A stretch of DNA of 62,101 nucleotides, the filler included, from Bipalium vagum (lineage: Eukaryota), in assembly GCA_037834085.1 (NCBI GenBank). It is 3 parts of 3 records of this genome, joined end to end, with 100 filler letters (N's around TTAATTAATTAA, not from the genome) between each part and the next. Parts side by side here need not be neighbours in the genome. Positions count along the whole stretch, not along the records: positions 18,473 to 44,275 come from JBBMKC010176556.1; 2 more parts are not named here. The stretch is one strand, 5' to 3'. The position numbers and the translations under genes were made by a program. Positions within the stretch are counted from its first letter, which is position 1. Every line of letters starts with the position of its first letter. This document shows positions 26,297 through 40,800 of the stretch, piece after piece. Below the pieces are notes generated by a model. That model saw nothing but the letters and a program-made list of their open reading frames with translations. It was not told the DNA's origin and did no database searches.

Positions 26297-27523
26297 CTAT
26301 TAATTAATATCCTTATAAATAAGTGTTAGGGTTTAGCCCTAAAATCAAGTAATTATTTTGTTTACTTCTTCACTTCTGTCGGAGATTCTTTTTTTGTTTG
26401 TAGTTCACACACTTATTATGGTGGTGAATTACCTTCCTTGAGGGCTTTTGAGACGTTGATATTTTTATCAACGCGAAAAGATTCTGTTCTTTAATTAACC
26501 GTAAACCAAGGGAAAAGATTTCTTGTAGAGGATTGCTTAAAAGGCAACCACTCTTAACTTGTAAAAATCAATTTTTGAGTGTCAATAAAGTTTTGAAAAG
26601 TAATTAGTTTTCTCAGTCGATTAAAAATCATATTTACGAACACCTTCTACTCGTTAAGCTCTTAGTGTTAGCTCCAAATTTAAGAGACTTAACGTACATA
26701 ACGTATTGCACCAATAAATGACAACTAGAATTGGTACCATGGACTGCCCGAGGTTTTACCGGAAAATTGGGTTGAATTTCAGTTAAGAGGCAGAGTTACT
26801 AATCTGTTGATGATCTAATATATTTGATCTCCAATGGCAAAATACCTTGTTGTCCTCACTGATGGTATCCTCAAGTTAGCTTCGTCCTGCTGAGTTTGTG
26901 AAGGAGTGAAAAAACAGTAAATGTAATTAATGTCGTAGTTTAAATAAAACGTTACGAACAATCGTTTTTGCTCTGTTACGAGATTCCAGTATCTAACAGG
27001 GAACCGCCACATTCGCTAAACATATACACCATTGAGAAAGACCTGCAATCCGATTAATACTGACTTGTGAGACACAAATTAAAATAGGTATTTAACTGGT
27101 TTGAAATATGACATTTAAGTAAAATAGATGAAAGTTTTTTATTTTATAAAGTTTTAAAATTTTTTGTTAGCTAAAATATTTATTAAAAATATTTGAATCA
27201 TTAATAGTGAAAATGAATTAAAATTGTTAAATATTTTAAGAAAATTTAAATTCCAGAAATGATTTTTTTTATTTAATTATTATATAAGTAAAATTAATAC
27301 TAATATTTAAAAATAAGAATGTATTTTTAATTTTGTTAAATAAATTTTAACTTATCTCTAATTATGTGTTTTAATAAACAACAAAACGCACGTATCTAAG
27401 ATTTAACAAACTTATATTTGCGCGATATTTGTAATTAAATCACTAGTTTTTTAAATTTAAAATAATTTGTTATAAACTTTTTATTTTAATAGTTCTATAG
27501 AATTAATTATACTCAATTTGAAA

Positions 27524-30500
27524 ATGAATCAATCTGTCAATGTTGCAGTCTATACATCTTTGCCACCGAACATAAACAAACCAGAACCTTATTTTTATTT
27601 AAATTTGCATATTACTTATCTTAAATGGCTAAGTAAAATTCATAACAATTTCGAAGATATTTTAGTAAAAGTTTTATGGTGGGGAGAAGAAAGTGAAGGA
27701 GCAATATTTCATCCCCGTTGTGTAAACTTAGCTGGTTATAAGCAAAATGTTAGAACCCATGCAATGTATCCAGTTTGTGTTCCTTTGAAACATTTCTCAG
27801 CATATTTAAATGATATGGGCAAATTAGGAATTGATATTATAGACAAAAATAAAAAATTTGTGATCGGTAAAGCTTATGTTGATAATTTGGAACAATTAGC
27901 TTTTAACAAAGGTTTACAATCATTGTGTATAATTCTCAATGAAAAGAACAATAAAATTGGAGAAGTTATGATAGCAATGTCTTTGGAATCAGTTCAAAAT
28001 CAGAAAATAGTTGATCAAGATGTCTTTCAAAACACTGAGGTTAATAGTATTCCTAAAGAAAATTTTGCACCGAACATACAGAAAACAGTTATACATAATC
28101 GAGAAGCGATTAATGAAAAATTTTTAACAGACAGTATTGAAAAAGATGTAAAATCTGAAAATTTCCTTGACAAATTAATTGAAAAAAGCAAAAATATTAG
28201 AGAAACCATTTCAATAGATGTAAAGAACGATGAAATCAATAATGAAATATTTAAAAAAACATTTCCAAATTGCATTGATCATCCTGAAGGCTTGAATATA
28301 ACGGATCATGGCTGGCTCAACAATGTACTTCATAATCCCAGTGAAAACGATCTATCTGTCAATGACATATCTAAAATAAATACAGAATCGATTTTAAAAT
28401 TTTCAGAGAATTTTTCTCTACACAGACCGAAAGAAAACATTAATAATGACCGAGAAACGATAAAATTAATTGCCGGCAGTGACTCTTTCTCTTTGGAAAA
28501 TGGAGATTTTCGTGATAAATATCAATTCTTGTCCGATTCCGAAGCATATATTTTGAAAAAGCTCGATAAAGAAATTTCGTCAGACGATGATCCTTTTAAA
28601 AACGAAGAAATTATTGAGGAATTATTTTATAAAAAAGCGGTAACTTTCTTTTTTGCGTTTTATGTTTACTCTCCTTGTATTTGAGAATTTTTCAGAATTT
28701 TGTTATAATTGAATTTATTGATACAATCATATGATAATTATGTTTCTTAAAGTGTGCGGAGTCTAAACGTGATAATATCATTGACATGAAGATGAGCCAG
28801 AGAAAACTGGAACTAAGACGTGATTAAAAATTTTTCAGATAAAGTGAATTATAATTAGCAATAATAAATAGTGAAACTATAATTCACTTTGTATATTGTT
28901 TGTTCTATATATCAATTTGTGACTGTTAATATTTATTTATGAAAAAAAATTAGAAAATCACTTTAAAATTATATATTATTTAGTTTTTAATAAATAAAAT
29001 CAGTCATAAGTCTATTTTCATTTGATTAGATAATCTATCAAATTCAAAAAACTCTACTTTTGATATTTTTATTATTGTTATTATTTATTATTATTATTAT
29101 TATTATTTGACCGTGTTTTTATTATTATAATTATATTATCTTTAGTATTATAATCAAGCTTAGGCTCTTATAAATTTGGTGGAAATTAAATCTTTAAATT
29201 TACAGATGCCTGAAGATAAAGTGATATCAGAATCTCAGAATTCGCAGAATGTAAGATTTTTTATTTCTTTGGTTATATTTTTATTAAGCATGGTTAATTG
29301 TTCAGAAATAAGTTCAATATTTCAAGTTTTAGAAAATTTTATTCTAATTCAATGTTTAGATTCTTAAAAATCAATCAATAACTGATAGCATATAAGAAAC
29401 ATTTACTTGTATGGCAGATTTTAAATTTTATCGATTTTCTTCAGTGAATTTGACTAATAAAAGGGCTTTTCTTAGAAAATCATTTTTGAAATTATTTTTT
29501 TCATTTTTTTTGAAAAATTTTTGTTTATTGTGAAGAAAATTGATATCCTATAAAATATTTTGATGTCATCATATTTAAATCAAGATGTTAAAAATCCATA
29601 AATTTTACGTAACAACAAAGCATGGGAATATAGAAATAAATTAAATTATCATATAAGATTTTCAATTCTTTATTTTGTAATTTTTTGATTAATTTAATTA
29701 GTGGTTTGATTTAACAATTTTTTCTTATTAGAATTTTACATTATATACCTTAAAATTTAGATTTGTTAATTTATTTTATATATTTATTAAACTTATTAAC
29801 ATTTTTTGATAGTTTAACTTATGATTTTCTAGTTAAAATTCTAGTAGTATGACAAAAACTCCTTATTACGAGGATAAATCAAACATTTCCGATAATGATC
29901 GAATAAAATTAAATTTTAAAAACTGATTTTGCAAATATTCAGATCAAGATTTAGAAATATATTTTTCACTTAGTCTTTATTTGGGGGAGGTTTTACTTAA
30001 CTTTTTAAATTCTGTAAACGTTAATACAAAATATTAGTTTATTTAAAATTTTTACATTAAAATACATTTTTAAGTTTGTTGAGAAATTTTAGCTTCTTTG
30101 ACTAACATGTTTTTGATTTTTTAGGTTTAATTTTTAACCTAAATATGATATGAAGCTGTTATCAAATTTTACCTAAACAGATAAATATGAAATGAAAATA
30201 CACATCAAAATATTATGATGGTGCATATGAAATGTCTTTTTGCATATAATTTTTAGCTGTCAAAAATAACTGAGATAATTTTAAAGTCCCCTCATAATAT
30301 ATCCATTTTCCAACTTTTGACCTTACAAATCGAAATAAGACACGCAAAGCTGTTGTATGTCTTTCCAATTTCGCATAATGTTTGGCAAGATTATTGACCA
30401 ATTAAACTCTTCAAAACGTTGTTGTCAAGACTGTTTCCAGGTCTACCTCATGGTTTTTTTTCAAGGCTTGATTTGTCAGATCTGTATTTTTCAAACCAAC

Positions 30501-31765
30501 GTTGAATTGTCCGAATAGAAACTATATGATCCCCATGCACTTTTTGAAGATTCATACTTGTTGTCACATTATTTCCAAATAGGAACTCGAGATGAATATC
30601 ATAATCAATTCATAATTATCCATTTTTTCAGAAAAAATTAAATATGGCAAGCTAAAATTCAAATTTACAATCAATAACATTATTAAAACAAATATCATGT
30701 ATTACCTTGTTAATATATTATTTATTTTATGAGATCTTATTTATTTCAAAAATGCAATTAAAAAAGGCATTTCATATGCACCAACATAATATTAACTTTA
30801 GTTGATTGGAGGTCATAAGATAATTTCTTTGGAATGTTGTCAAATTCAAAATTTGGACTTGTTTAAAAATATTTTGAAAATAGTTGTTTCCTGATTGTTT
30901 TAAAGACCATGTCTTAACATTTGATTTAGGTAATTGGAATATCACATGTCAATATGCTTACAGTATGATTTTCATCATTTAACTCTTAAAGAATTTAGGA
31001 CCTGTAGAAAGAAAATTTATTTTTAAAAATAAATACTTTATGAAAATTTTGATTTTTTTTGTATCAAATAAATGTAATTATATATAATATATTTCTTCTT
31101 AAAATTACTCTTTCGTCATCTCTTTTGTTCGTTGTACTACACAATATTTTTAGATTCTTTTAACTTTTTAAATATTTTCAGTTTTATTTTTCATTATGAA
31201 AAAAATTAAAATTTTCAAATCAATATTTCAGAAAACCTCTGCAAATAATGTGCAGACCGTAGCGATGAATGAAAATGTTAGCAGCGATAAATTGAAAGAC
31301 TTTGAAATTTATCAAAGTCTGTCACAGCATAATAATTCCAGAAGTTGTTATTTTAGTGAGATCTGATATTTTCGTTTAAAAACTTTTTGATCAGATTTGA
31401 AAAATGAAGATTTCTGTTATAAATCGGACAAAGATTATAATCAACCTTGTGGTGATATATATGACGACGATGATGATAACTTTAAATCGATGCCAATCGA
31501 TAGTGCCGGACGGGATTGGTATAAGAATATTAGTTTCATTAAAGTGTGTCTTGATATGCTGTGGTTAAATTCTTCCCCACAACCATGGAATAAAAATTCA
31601 AGAAGTCGATCTCAATCATCGAATTATTCGAGTGATCGTGAAAAGTTGCGAAGATCTTATGACTCTGGTTCAAGCTTCAACAATAGTTCTAATTCTTATA
31701 ACGTTACGAAGCCACCTACTTCTCAAAGTTTTCAAATTATTTCGAATAAGTATGAATATTTATTG

Positions 31766-31804
<39 letters not shown>

Positions 31805-34800
31805 ACACTGATAAAATTAAATATAGATTGAAAAAATGGTATCTTAAAATAATGCCATATTGTAATGAGAAAAAACAAAATAATTTTTAAAAATGATGTG
31901 TGATTTCGAAAATCATAAAAATTAAATTATTCAATGTCTTTAAAATTCGTTTTTTGAAATATTCTTTTTTTATTCAACTGTATTAAATACTGTTTTTTCA
32001 AAAGACATTGATAATTTTAAATGTACACCAAAACTATGATCTTTCCCTGATGCAAAGATCATAGTTTTTAAATTAAAGAGATCATTTTATTTTAGTTTTA
32101 TGGAAATAATAAAAATCTGTACATTAAATATCCCTGAGGTTACTATAGTTTAAATTTAGAGGCATTACGACCATTTTTTGTAAAAATGATTATATATTAT
32201 TATTTTTTATTATTAATTACATTACATTGTTGTTTCTTTTTATTTATTGATATAAATTGAAATTATTTTTGTAATTTTTTAAATTATAAATTTATTGTTT
32301 ATTCATTTATTGATTTACTTTAATTTGCCATTCATTTGTCAATATCATAAAATTATCTATTTTCCATTTTAGTACCAAAGTTTAAAGAAATAAAAGAAAA
32401 AATGTGATCAAAAAGTGTAATTAAAATATTTTTATAATCATTCATTAATTCAAATTATTATAATTTTAAAGTTTATTGATTTATTTTGATTTTGTTAATT
32501 ACTTTGTAAGAATGTGAAGACTAAATTTTTTGTTTTGACTAAGTTTAATTTTAAAATATTGTGCTATTTTGATACTTTAAAACAATTATTTCAGTTTGTC
32601 AGATATTAGATTAGTAAAAAGATTAATTTTTGTAACCATTTTTCCGATTGATAAATTGCTTATATGAGGAAATTAACGGATTATTCCTTATTCCAGTAAA
32701 TATTACATTGATTACAAATTTCCTTCGAACTCGCTACAAAATACTGGATCGAAAACCGATAATATTTCATTTGACGTATCCTCTACAAGAATACCTGTTA
32801 AACTTTCAAGTTTCAATCAGAATGCTTCCGAATTAAATGGAGTGAAATCTTGGTCACTGGACCATGTTACAACATTTCCGATGACTTTAAATGACGGTTC
32901 TCTAATTCAAAAGTGGTGGAAAGGAAATATTCGGTTTAAATTAATTTCCCAAGATATATCGAAAGTTTGTTTGAAAATTAATATATTTAATCTTTGATTT
33001 AAACTATTAATCAATACTTATTTAACAATTTAAATTTGTTATGTCCAAGAATGAATGATTTTTAAGTAAATAATAAAATAGAATTTGTCAATCCAAAATC
33101 AGAACTTATCATAAATATGATGTATTTTTCTTTAAAATTATGAAAATGCGACATTAATAAATTAGACAATATTTTTATAAACTGGTCTTTATTATTATTT
33201 GTATTTTTATTATTAAACAAAGAAATTAATATAACATGAATTAATCAGAAATTGATTTTTTAAAACTTTTATTATTAATTAATTAAATTTTGCTAATTAT
33301 AATAATTATTACCAAGGCAACGATTTATTTGTCCATGTCCACTAAAGGTAAGCCTTTAATGGTTGGATTTTACTGTTCTTTTTAAAGTAATCAGAGATTT
33401 TTACACAAGATGAAGAGATTTAACCATATTCATATCCTATTTATCTAGATCGATTGACAAAGTCAATTTGATATTTCTGTTTGTTAGTCGACCTTTCTTG
33501 TTCATCAGACTTGATTTCTTCCAATATTTGAAAATATTTAGATTAAAATTATTAATAATTTAAATATAAAATTAAATAATGTCAACAATAAGATGTAGAG
33601 TGAAATCTTTGTAATACTCATAGAAACTATTAGGTGTGCGAATAAGTAGCCGGAATCCGACAATCTTTCACAGTTTTAAAATGCTTGGTAGTACATAAAT
33701 AATATATATGTTGTTTTAAAATATCAATATTTATCTTCCAAAGTTAAATATAAGAATGATTTGTTTAAATATTCTTCTTTAATTAAGAGTTAGAAAAAGC
33801 AGCATTTGCGGGAAGTTTTGTTAGAATACTTTTTCTCCAAGAAGACTGCTGCTGAAAGTCGCCGTTTATTAAAGGGAACATATGGGAAAGATGCTTTGTC
33901 AAAAACACAATGTTTTGAATGGTTTCATTGGTTAAAAAGCATCAAAGGCGATGATCAATTTGGGCACCCGAAAAAGTTCGATGATGAAGAATTGAAGACT
34001 TTTCTCAACCAAGATTCATGTCAATATCATTGGGAGTCGATCGTTTTACCATGGGAATGATTCAAAAACTAGGAAGATGTGTGCCATACGAATTGAGACC
34101 GAAAAACCTAGAACGTCGTTTGTGTATCTGTGAACAATTGCTTCAACGTCAAAGACAAAAATCCTTCTTGTCTTGTATTGTAACGAGCGATGAAAAATGG
34201 ATATACTACAGTAATCCTAAGCGAAAAAGATCATGGGGAGAGTCCAGACATACCTCTACATCGACGGCCAAGCGAAACACTCATGGTCAAAAGGCCATGC
34301 TATCCAATTGGTGGGATCAGATAGGTATACTATGTTATGAATTATTGCAACCAAAGGAGATCACTATCAACTCAAATAAAGAAAAAGCGACCATATTATG
34401 CCGAAAGGCATGATAACATTATTTTGTTACATGACAATGCTTGGCCGCATGTTTCGAAATTAGTTACTACATACATAGAAACCCTTTGATGGGAAATCAT
34501 ACCCATCCGTATAACCCAGATATCGCTCCCACCTGTTACGTTTACTTATCGATTACCACCTGTTCCGTTCCATATCGCATAGTCTATATCAGGGCTTCTT
34601 AAACTTTTTTATATATCGACCCCCTTCAAGCTTATGAAATTTTAAACGACCCCCTCCTCCATATAATGAAATATATATTAACCATAGATGTAGATGTAAT
34701 ATCGCACTATTTTACAATGTAAATAAAATAATGATTAAAGAATACGTACTCATTCATTTCACTCTAGATGACCAGCAGTTTCGTTCTTATGATGACACCA

Positions 34801-37800
34801 TAAAATGGCTTGATTTGGATCTCCTCATAAAATCAGGAATTTTATCAACTAAATAAATAACCGGATTTTCTTGAAGAAATACTTAAGAAAAAAAACTAAA
34901 GTTAATAATATTTATTATAGGAATTAAAAACATTTTTTGTTAGAAGTATTTTTCACCTGTTGCCACCACTTTCTCCAATATATCAAGTGGGCAACGGATA
35001 CCATTTTGAAAAAAAATCCTGATTTTATGAAGAGATCCAAGAATGGAGCCATTTTATGGTGTCATCATAAGAATGAAACTGCTGGTCACCTAGACTATGC
35101 AACATGGAACGAAACAGGCGGTAATTGATAAGTAATCGTAACAAGTGGGAACGATATTTGGGGAATACGGTGGGTGAGGTATGATTTCCCCTTTATTCCC
35201 ACGATTTTTCAAAATGGAATACCTTGCCCACCTGAAATATTGGAGAAAGTGGTGGCAACTGATGGACAATACTTCTAACAAAAAATGTGTTTAATTCCTT
35301 ATAATAAATATTATTAACTTTAGTTTTTTCTTCTTAATTATTTCTTCAAAAAAATCCGGTTATTTATTCACAAACCCAATATTATGATACGAATGCATTA
35401 TATTCATGATGTCTGACTTTGCTGTTACCCACTGAAAAATTAGAGATTCTAAAAATTTAAACTACAAAAAAAACCACTAACGATAAAATTAGTTTTATTT
35501 ATGAAGTTGATTTAAAACATCCAAAAGAATTATGAAATTCAGCAAAATATTTTCCATCTTGTCCCAAAAAATAAAAATAGAAGATACTTTATTATCAAAT
35601 TTTCAAAATAGATATTAATCTGAATATTTTAATGAAAAATTAATGTTTACACAATTTGATAAGAATATGGAATATTATATATAAAACTGCACTTTCTCTA
35701 TTTTTGTTATCCGGCTTGCTTTTTATTGTACTTTATCTAGAACCAGAAGAAAAGTATATATTGGTAATCAATTAATTAAATTAAAGACTTATATTTAAAA
35801 TTATTTCTCACAAATTATGAGGAAGATAATTAAAATTATGATATTTTACATTTTAACAATTGTCATAAAAACGAATGAATTTTCACGTTTTATTGTATAC
35901 TAACAATATTTTGGCCATTATCATTAAAAATTGAATAATTTCTTTTGAATTTTTACCATCTTACAAAATTTGGAATTCTTGTCATAGTTTTCTTATACGA
36001 CCGATTAAAGTTTGTATTCTGACACCCAATCACAGAAAGAAACTGTTGTTGGAATAGGAGTTGTACCGTTACGCAATATTATATCAACCAACAACTTTTA
36101 CCGACTGATACCGATACGATTGCCTCGAAGCAAATTGACGCGTAACAATGCTAGAGTAATTATTGGATCGCTGGCTCTCAGGACATCAATGATATTATCT
36201 AAAACAGACATCACTTTTCCATCCGATTCTAGATCACAGATTCAGGTAGCATCAGAATCAAAGAACAAATGTAAAAGTTATATTTATTCATTAATATTAA
36301 TGTAAATTGAAAGTTTATAATTCTATCAATCCATATTTTTTAAAAATTCAAATTTTAATCAATTTTTTTAAATTTAGAATTAATTTTCAATAAAATATTT
36401 TTAAGATATTAATTTAATATTTATGTATTTATTTTTTATTTTAAAAACGTGAAATAAAAGCATCACCAATGAAAATTTTTGGGAATAACTGAAAATTATA
36501 TTTATTGAATTAATAAACGATGCTATTATTCTTTACTTTTTATACATAATATTCGTTTCATTTTCTCAAGCCGATCCTTAAATAATTTATTCCACTCTAA
36601 ACTTAGTATTCTGAAAATGTGTGACAGTCTGATAATGTGGAATGCCTGTAAACCATATCTGATCAATACGAATCACATATTTATTTTTATTATTAAAATA
36701 TTTAGTATAATTGCGTAGTTTTTCATTCGACATTCTTTCAATTCTTTTTTGAACATGAACTATGAACCACTTGTTTTACTTTATCGCTTTTTATGAACTA
36801 TGAATAGCTATTTATTTACTTAATTAAAAAATCATCTAAAGGAATGGTTATGAGATGAATAGATTTTTCTGCAAATATGGAAACTATTTTTGGAAGTGCA
36901 TCGATATCAGCTGGTAAAATTTCTCATTGTGATTTTCTCATTTTTATGAATATATTCCTGATTCTACAATGACAATGAAGCAACCATGTTTTGAGGTTCC
37001 TTTAGTAAATTATTTGAATTTTGACACTTCTATGTGTAGATTACACTTTAGATTATGTTGTATACATCGGGAAAAAGGTTTCGCTAGCCTTAGAACTTAT
37101 GAAACGTATTTAAACCTAAGATTTTTTCAGTTATGTTTAAATCTCATCAAATTTTATTCGGAGACCTTTAAGTGATGAGTTTCAAATTTTCATTTAACAA
37201 CAAATTTTGATCTAAAACTTATTTTTTGATTTATCGCACAGAAAAACTCGTTGACATTTAAATTGGTCAATTCAATATGTTATGAATATGATTCTAGTAT
37301 ATTTTACAAGAAGATGAAAATTTTTATCCATTACATATGAAAACTAAGTAGAGTATGTCCCATAAATACTTGTGAAATTAAATTTTGCTTATCATTACAA
37401 GAAAAATATAAAGAACAAAAACCGAAGAATTCCTTATTCTTCCGTATAATACTTGATTAACAAGTTTTAAGAACAGGATCTCTGTTGCGAAAAAGTCCAC
37501 CAAACAGAAAATAAATTCAATGCAATATTGAGGGTATTGGAAGTATAACACCAATAACGTCTGTAGGTTCACTGGACGTTATTGGTTTTTTAAATTCACA
37601 AGTATTTATGGGACATATACTATATTTCAAGCAATCTAGATCAAAATGGAAAATAGGAATTGTTTGAATTTTTATTATTAAAAAGGATTCAATGATTTCT
37701 TTGATGGAATGAGTCACTTTTAGTTGATCACTAATAAAATATTAGGTTGTATCATAAAATGTCCAATTTCAAAAGATAATTTTTGCAAATGTCTTACAAT

Positions 37801-40800
37801 AATTTCTAGTGAAATTGAAGAAATATATTATATTAAATATGGTATTTTCATATTTGTTCAAATAATCCAAAAAAATCTCAGGAATAGCACACAAACTGAC
37901 AAATAAAAAATTTACATAGTTATAAAAATGAAAATTATGATATGCAGATTCTGAAGATGGTGAAAACAGAAATTTAGCATTCAGCAAAGATACAGTTAAT
38001 TAGATGATGTATTTGAAATTTGAAAAAGGTTGCGAACCCCGATAAAATGCAGACCATGGTCGATGCAGAATACTTCATGAAAATGACGATTAAAATTTTA
38101 ATTCAAATGTTCAGGATTTGGCCAAAGTATTCATTGTTAATCTCAAGACAATTACAAAACATTGAAAGAGATTTGTTAGATTAAAATTTTTTCAATAATG
38201 AGTTACGCATTTATTGAACCAATCACAAAAAAACAAGTGACTTGAAATTTGAAAAATTTTTTAGTTATTTAATGAAATGGATCCGTTTTAGTCATCATAA
38301 AAAGTGATTAAAAATACGTTTTCTGCAATAACCTAAGATATGCAGCACAATGGGTAAATCTCGACCAATCTCTGTCCTCGAATCTAAATCTACTATGTAT
38401 CCCAAAAAATCTGGTGGTCTATGGCTGATCTCATGCACTTTTCACTGATAGATCCTGGCGACACTTATTCAGCAGACAAGTACTGATTAGATCTAGAAAT
38501 GATGCACCAAAAATTAAGCACCAAATAGTCAACTGGAAAGGATTAATCTTACTACATACCAATCCATAGTAATATGTATGCAAAGACCTTGCAAAAACAA
38601 ACTGAACTATGGATAAGAAGATTGTGGCTTACTTCTAATTCCGTAGACTTTGCACGAACCAATTATCATTTCTTTAAAGCACTCCATAATATTCCAGGCA
38701 AAGAAATCTTTGAAAATTAGGATCGTATCAAATTGAGTATCTCCGACATCATCAATTCTAGAAAACCAGATTTTTACAAAAATGGTATTCAAAACCTGGT
38801 AATTCGTTGATACAAATGTTTTGAATGCAATGGTGACTATTTTAATTGAAAAAAATATTTCTTATATCTATTTCATTGTTTTTTCTATTTATCCTGTAAT
38901 CGGACATTTTATATGACACAACTTAATAAGTTTTGATATAACGATTTATTGAAGAAGCGAATAATTAGATTTGTAATCATATATTGCGGATTTTCAAAGT
39001 CAATAATAATTTAAGACTTGTAAATTCTGTGAAATTTTAAAATAGATATCTTAATACAAAAACTTAAGTTGAAAATATGTTTAAAAAACACTAAATATTG
39101 AAACGTGATTTCTTATATTAAATTATATTATGTTTATTGTTAATTTATAAAATATATGAGCTGTATCATTGCACTGAATAAACATTTCAAATATTTAGAC
39201 TCTCGATCGTTGAAGATATCTCCGAATTCTTATAATAAAAGGAATTTTCAAAAAATATATTCATTATCATCTCATACCAGTCCCTTACCGGTAGTCTCAA
39301 CAAAACTCGTAAGAATATTTGATTTCACCATTCTTCTGTGTTACACTGTTTTATTGACAGCAAACACCATTCACTCTTGAAAGTTTCTTGTATGTTTCCA
39401 ACATTAGACATATCAATCCGAAATCAACCAACAATGGATACAAGTCCAGTAATTTTTTTGAGTATTATTTCCACATTTAACTAAATTTAATATTGAGCAG
39501 TGCGTTATTAATAATATTATTATTATATTTGTTGTTGACATACAATGAAAGTTTAATTTTAAAATTAACTCAAGTTAAAAACTTTAACAATAAAGTTGGA
39601 ATAAATAATAATTTAGAATAAAAAATAATTTAATAAATATTTAAAATTACTAAATCTTTATTTTTAATACCTAAAAAATGAAAGTATGATAAAATAAATA
39701 TTTTAATAAAATAACATAATTAAATTAAAACAATAATTAATTATAAAGAATTAAAATTTTTCGGTAATTTAATTTTTTATATACAGATTTTTGCTATAGA
39801 TAAAATTATAATAATTAAACCGCTTGATGTTTTAATTATTAACTTCATCAACATATATAGTTAAAAACAACCTTTAGGTTCGATTTGTTTTAACTGTCTA
39901 ATTTAATCAACTTTTTCTAAATATTATATATTATATTTATTATATCTTTTCTTCTAAATTCTTGTATTTCTTCATAAATTAAGTTAAAAATATTTATAGT
40001 TAAATTTATATAATATTTTTTAGAAAATTAAAATAATTGGCACCTAAAGGTTATTTTTAACCACATATATGATGGAAATGATTTATCAGAAAATATAAAT
40101 TTAAATAAACAAATAATTAAAAAAGATTTTTTATAGCTAACAAGAGTTGCAATTTGTTTATCATTGGTCGACTTCTTTGGGCAACAAATCAAAAAATAAA
40201 ATCGCCAATTTTATGGGGCACAAGCAAAGTTTCTGAGAATCAGCCGGTTAATGAATTAGAGAATTTCAAATTGGTCGCAAAATCAACGCTCGTGTTAACA
40301 GGAGAAATTTTGGAAAAATTAAAAGACAATTATGCCATATTAGAAGTTTGGGATGTCAGTGGAGAAAAAACCAAAGAATCTTTGTTTGGATTAGTTAAGA
40401 TTCCGTTAAATATTTCTTATTTGAGCTTTAAAAATGAAAAAATACGTAATACCATTTTGAACAATGTAGTAAGTTTTACTTTATTTATTAAAATCTAAAA
40501 ATAATGATATTATATTTACTTAAATGTTTTCACTATTCTTAACCGCCAAAATAGAGAAGTTGGCGTACTGATTGATAATTATTGTATTTATCGGACTACA
40601 AAGAGCACAGTTCTTTTGGACAATAACAAATATTTTGACAGAAAAAAATTAAGTCAAATATTTTATTCTTATAAGTTATGATTTTCAAAGAATTACACTT
40701 TTTGTGATTTTTATGCACTATATTGTCATTGATACATATATTCCTGTTTTCTGGATGTTTGTGTTCATATTGTAAAAGTTGCTAACTGACAAGCCTTTAT

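Noticed and set aside
31750-31831. Poly-Ile hydrophobic tail of ORF 31397-31831
   Set aside because: This is read-through past the donor at 31750 into an intronic (ATT)n microsatellite.
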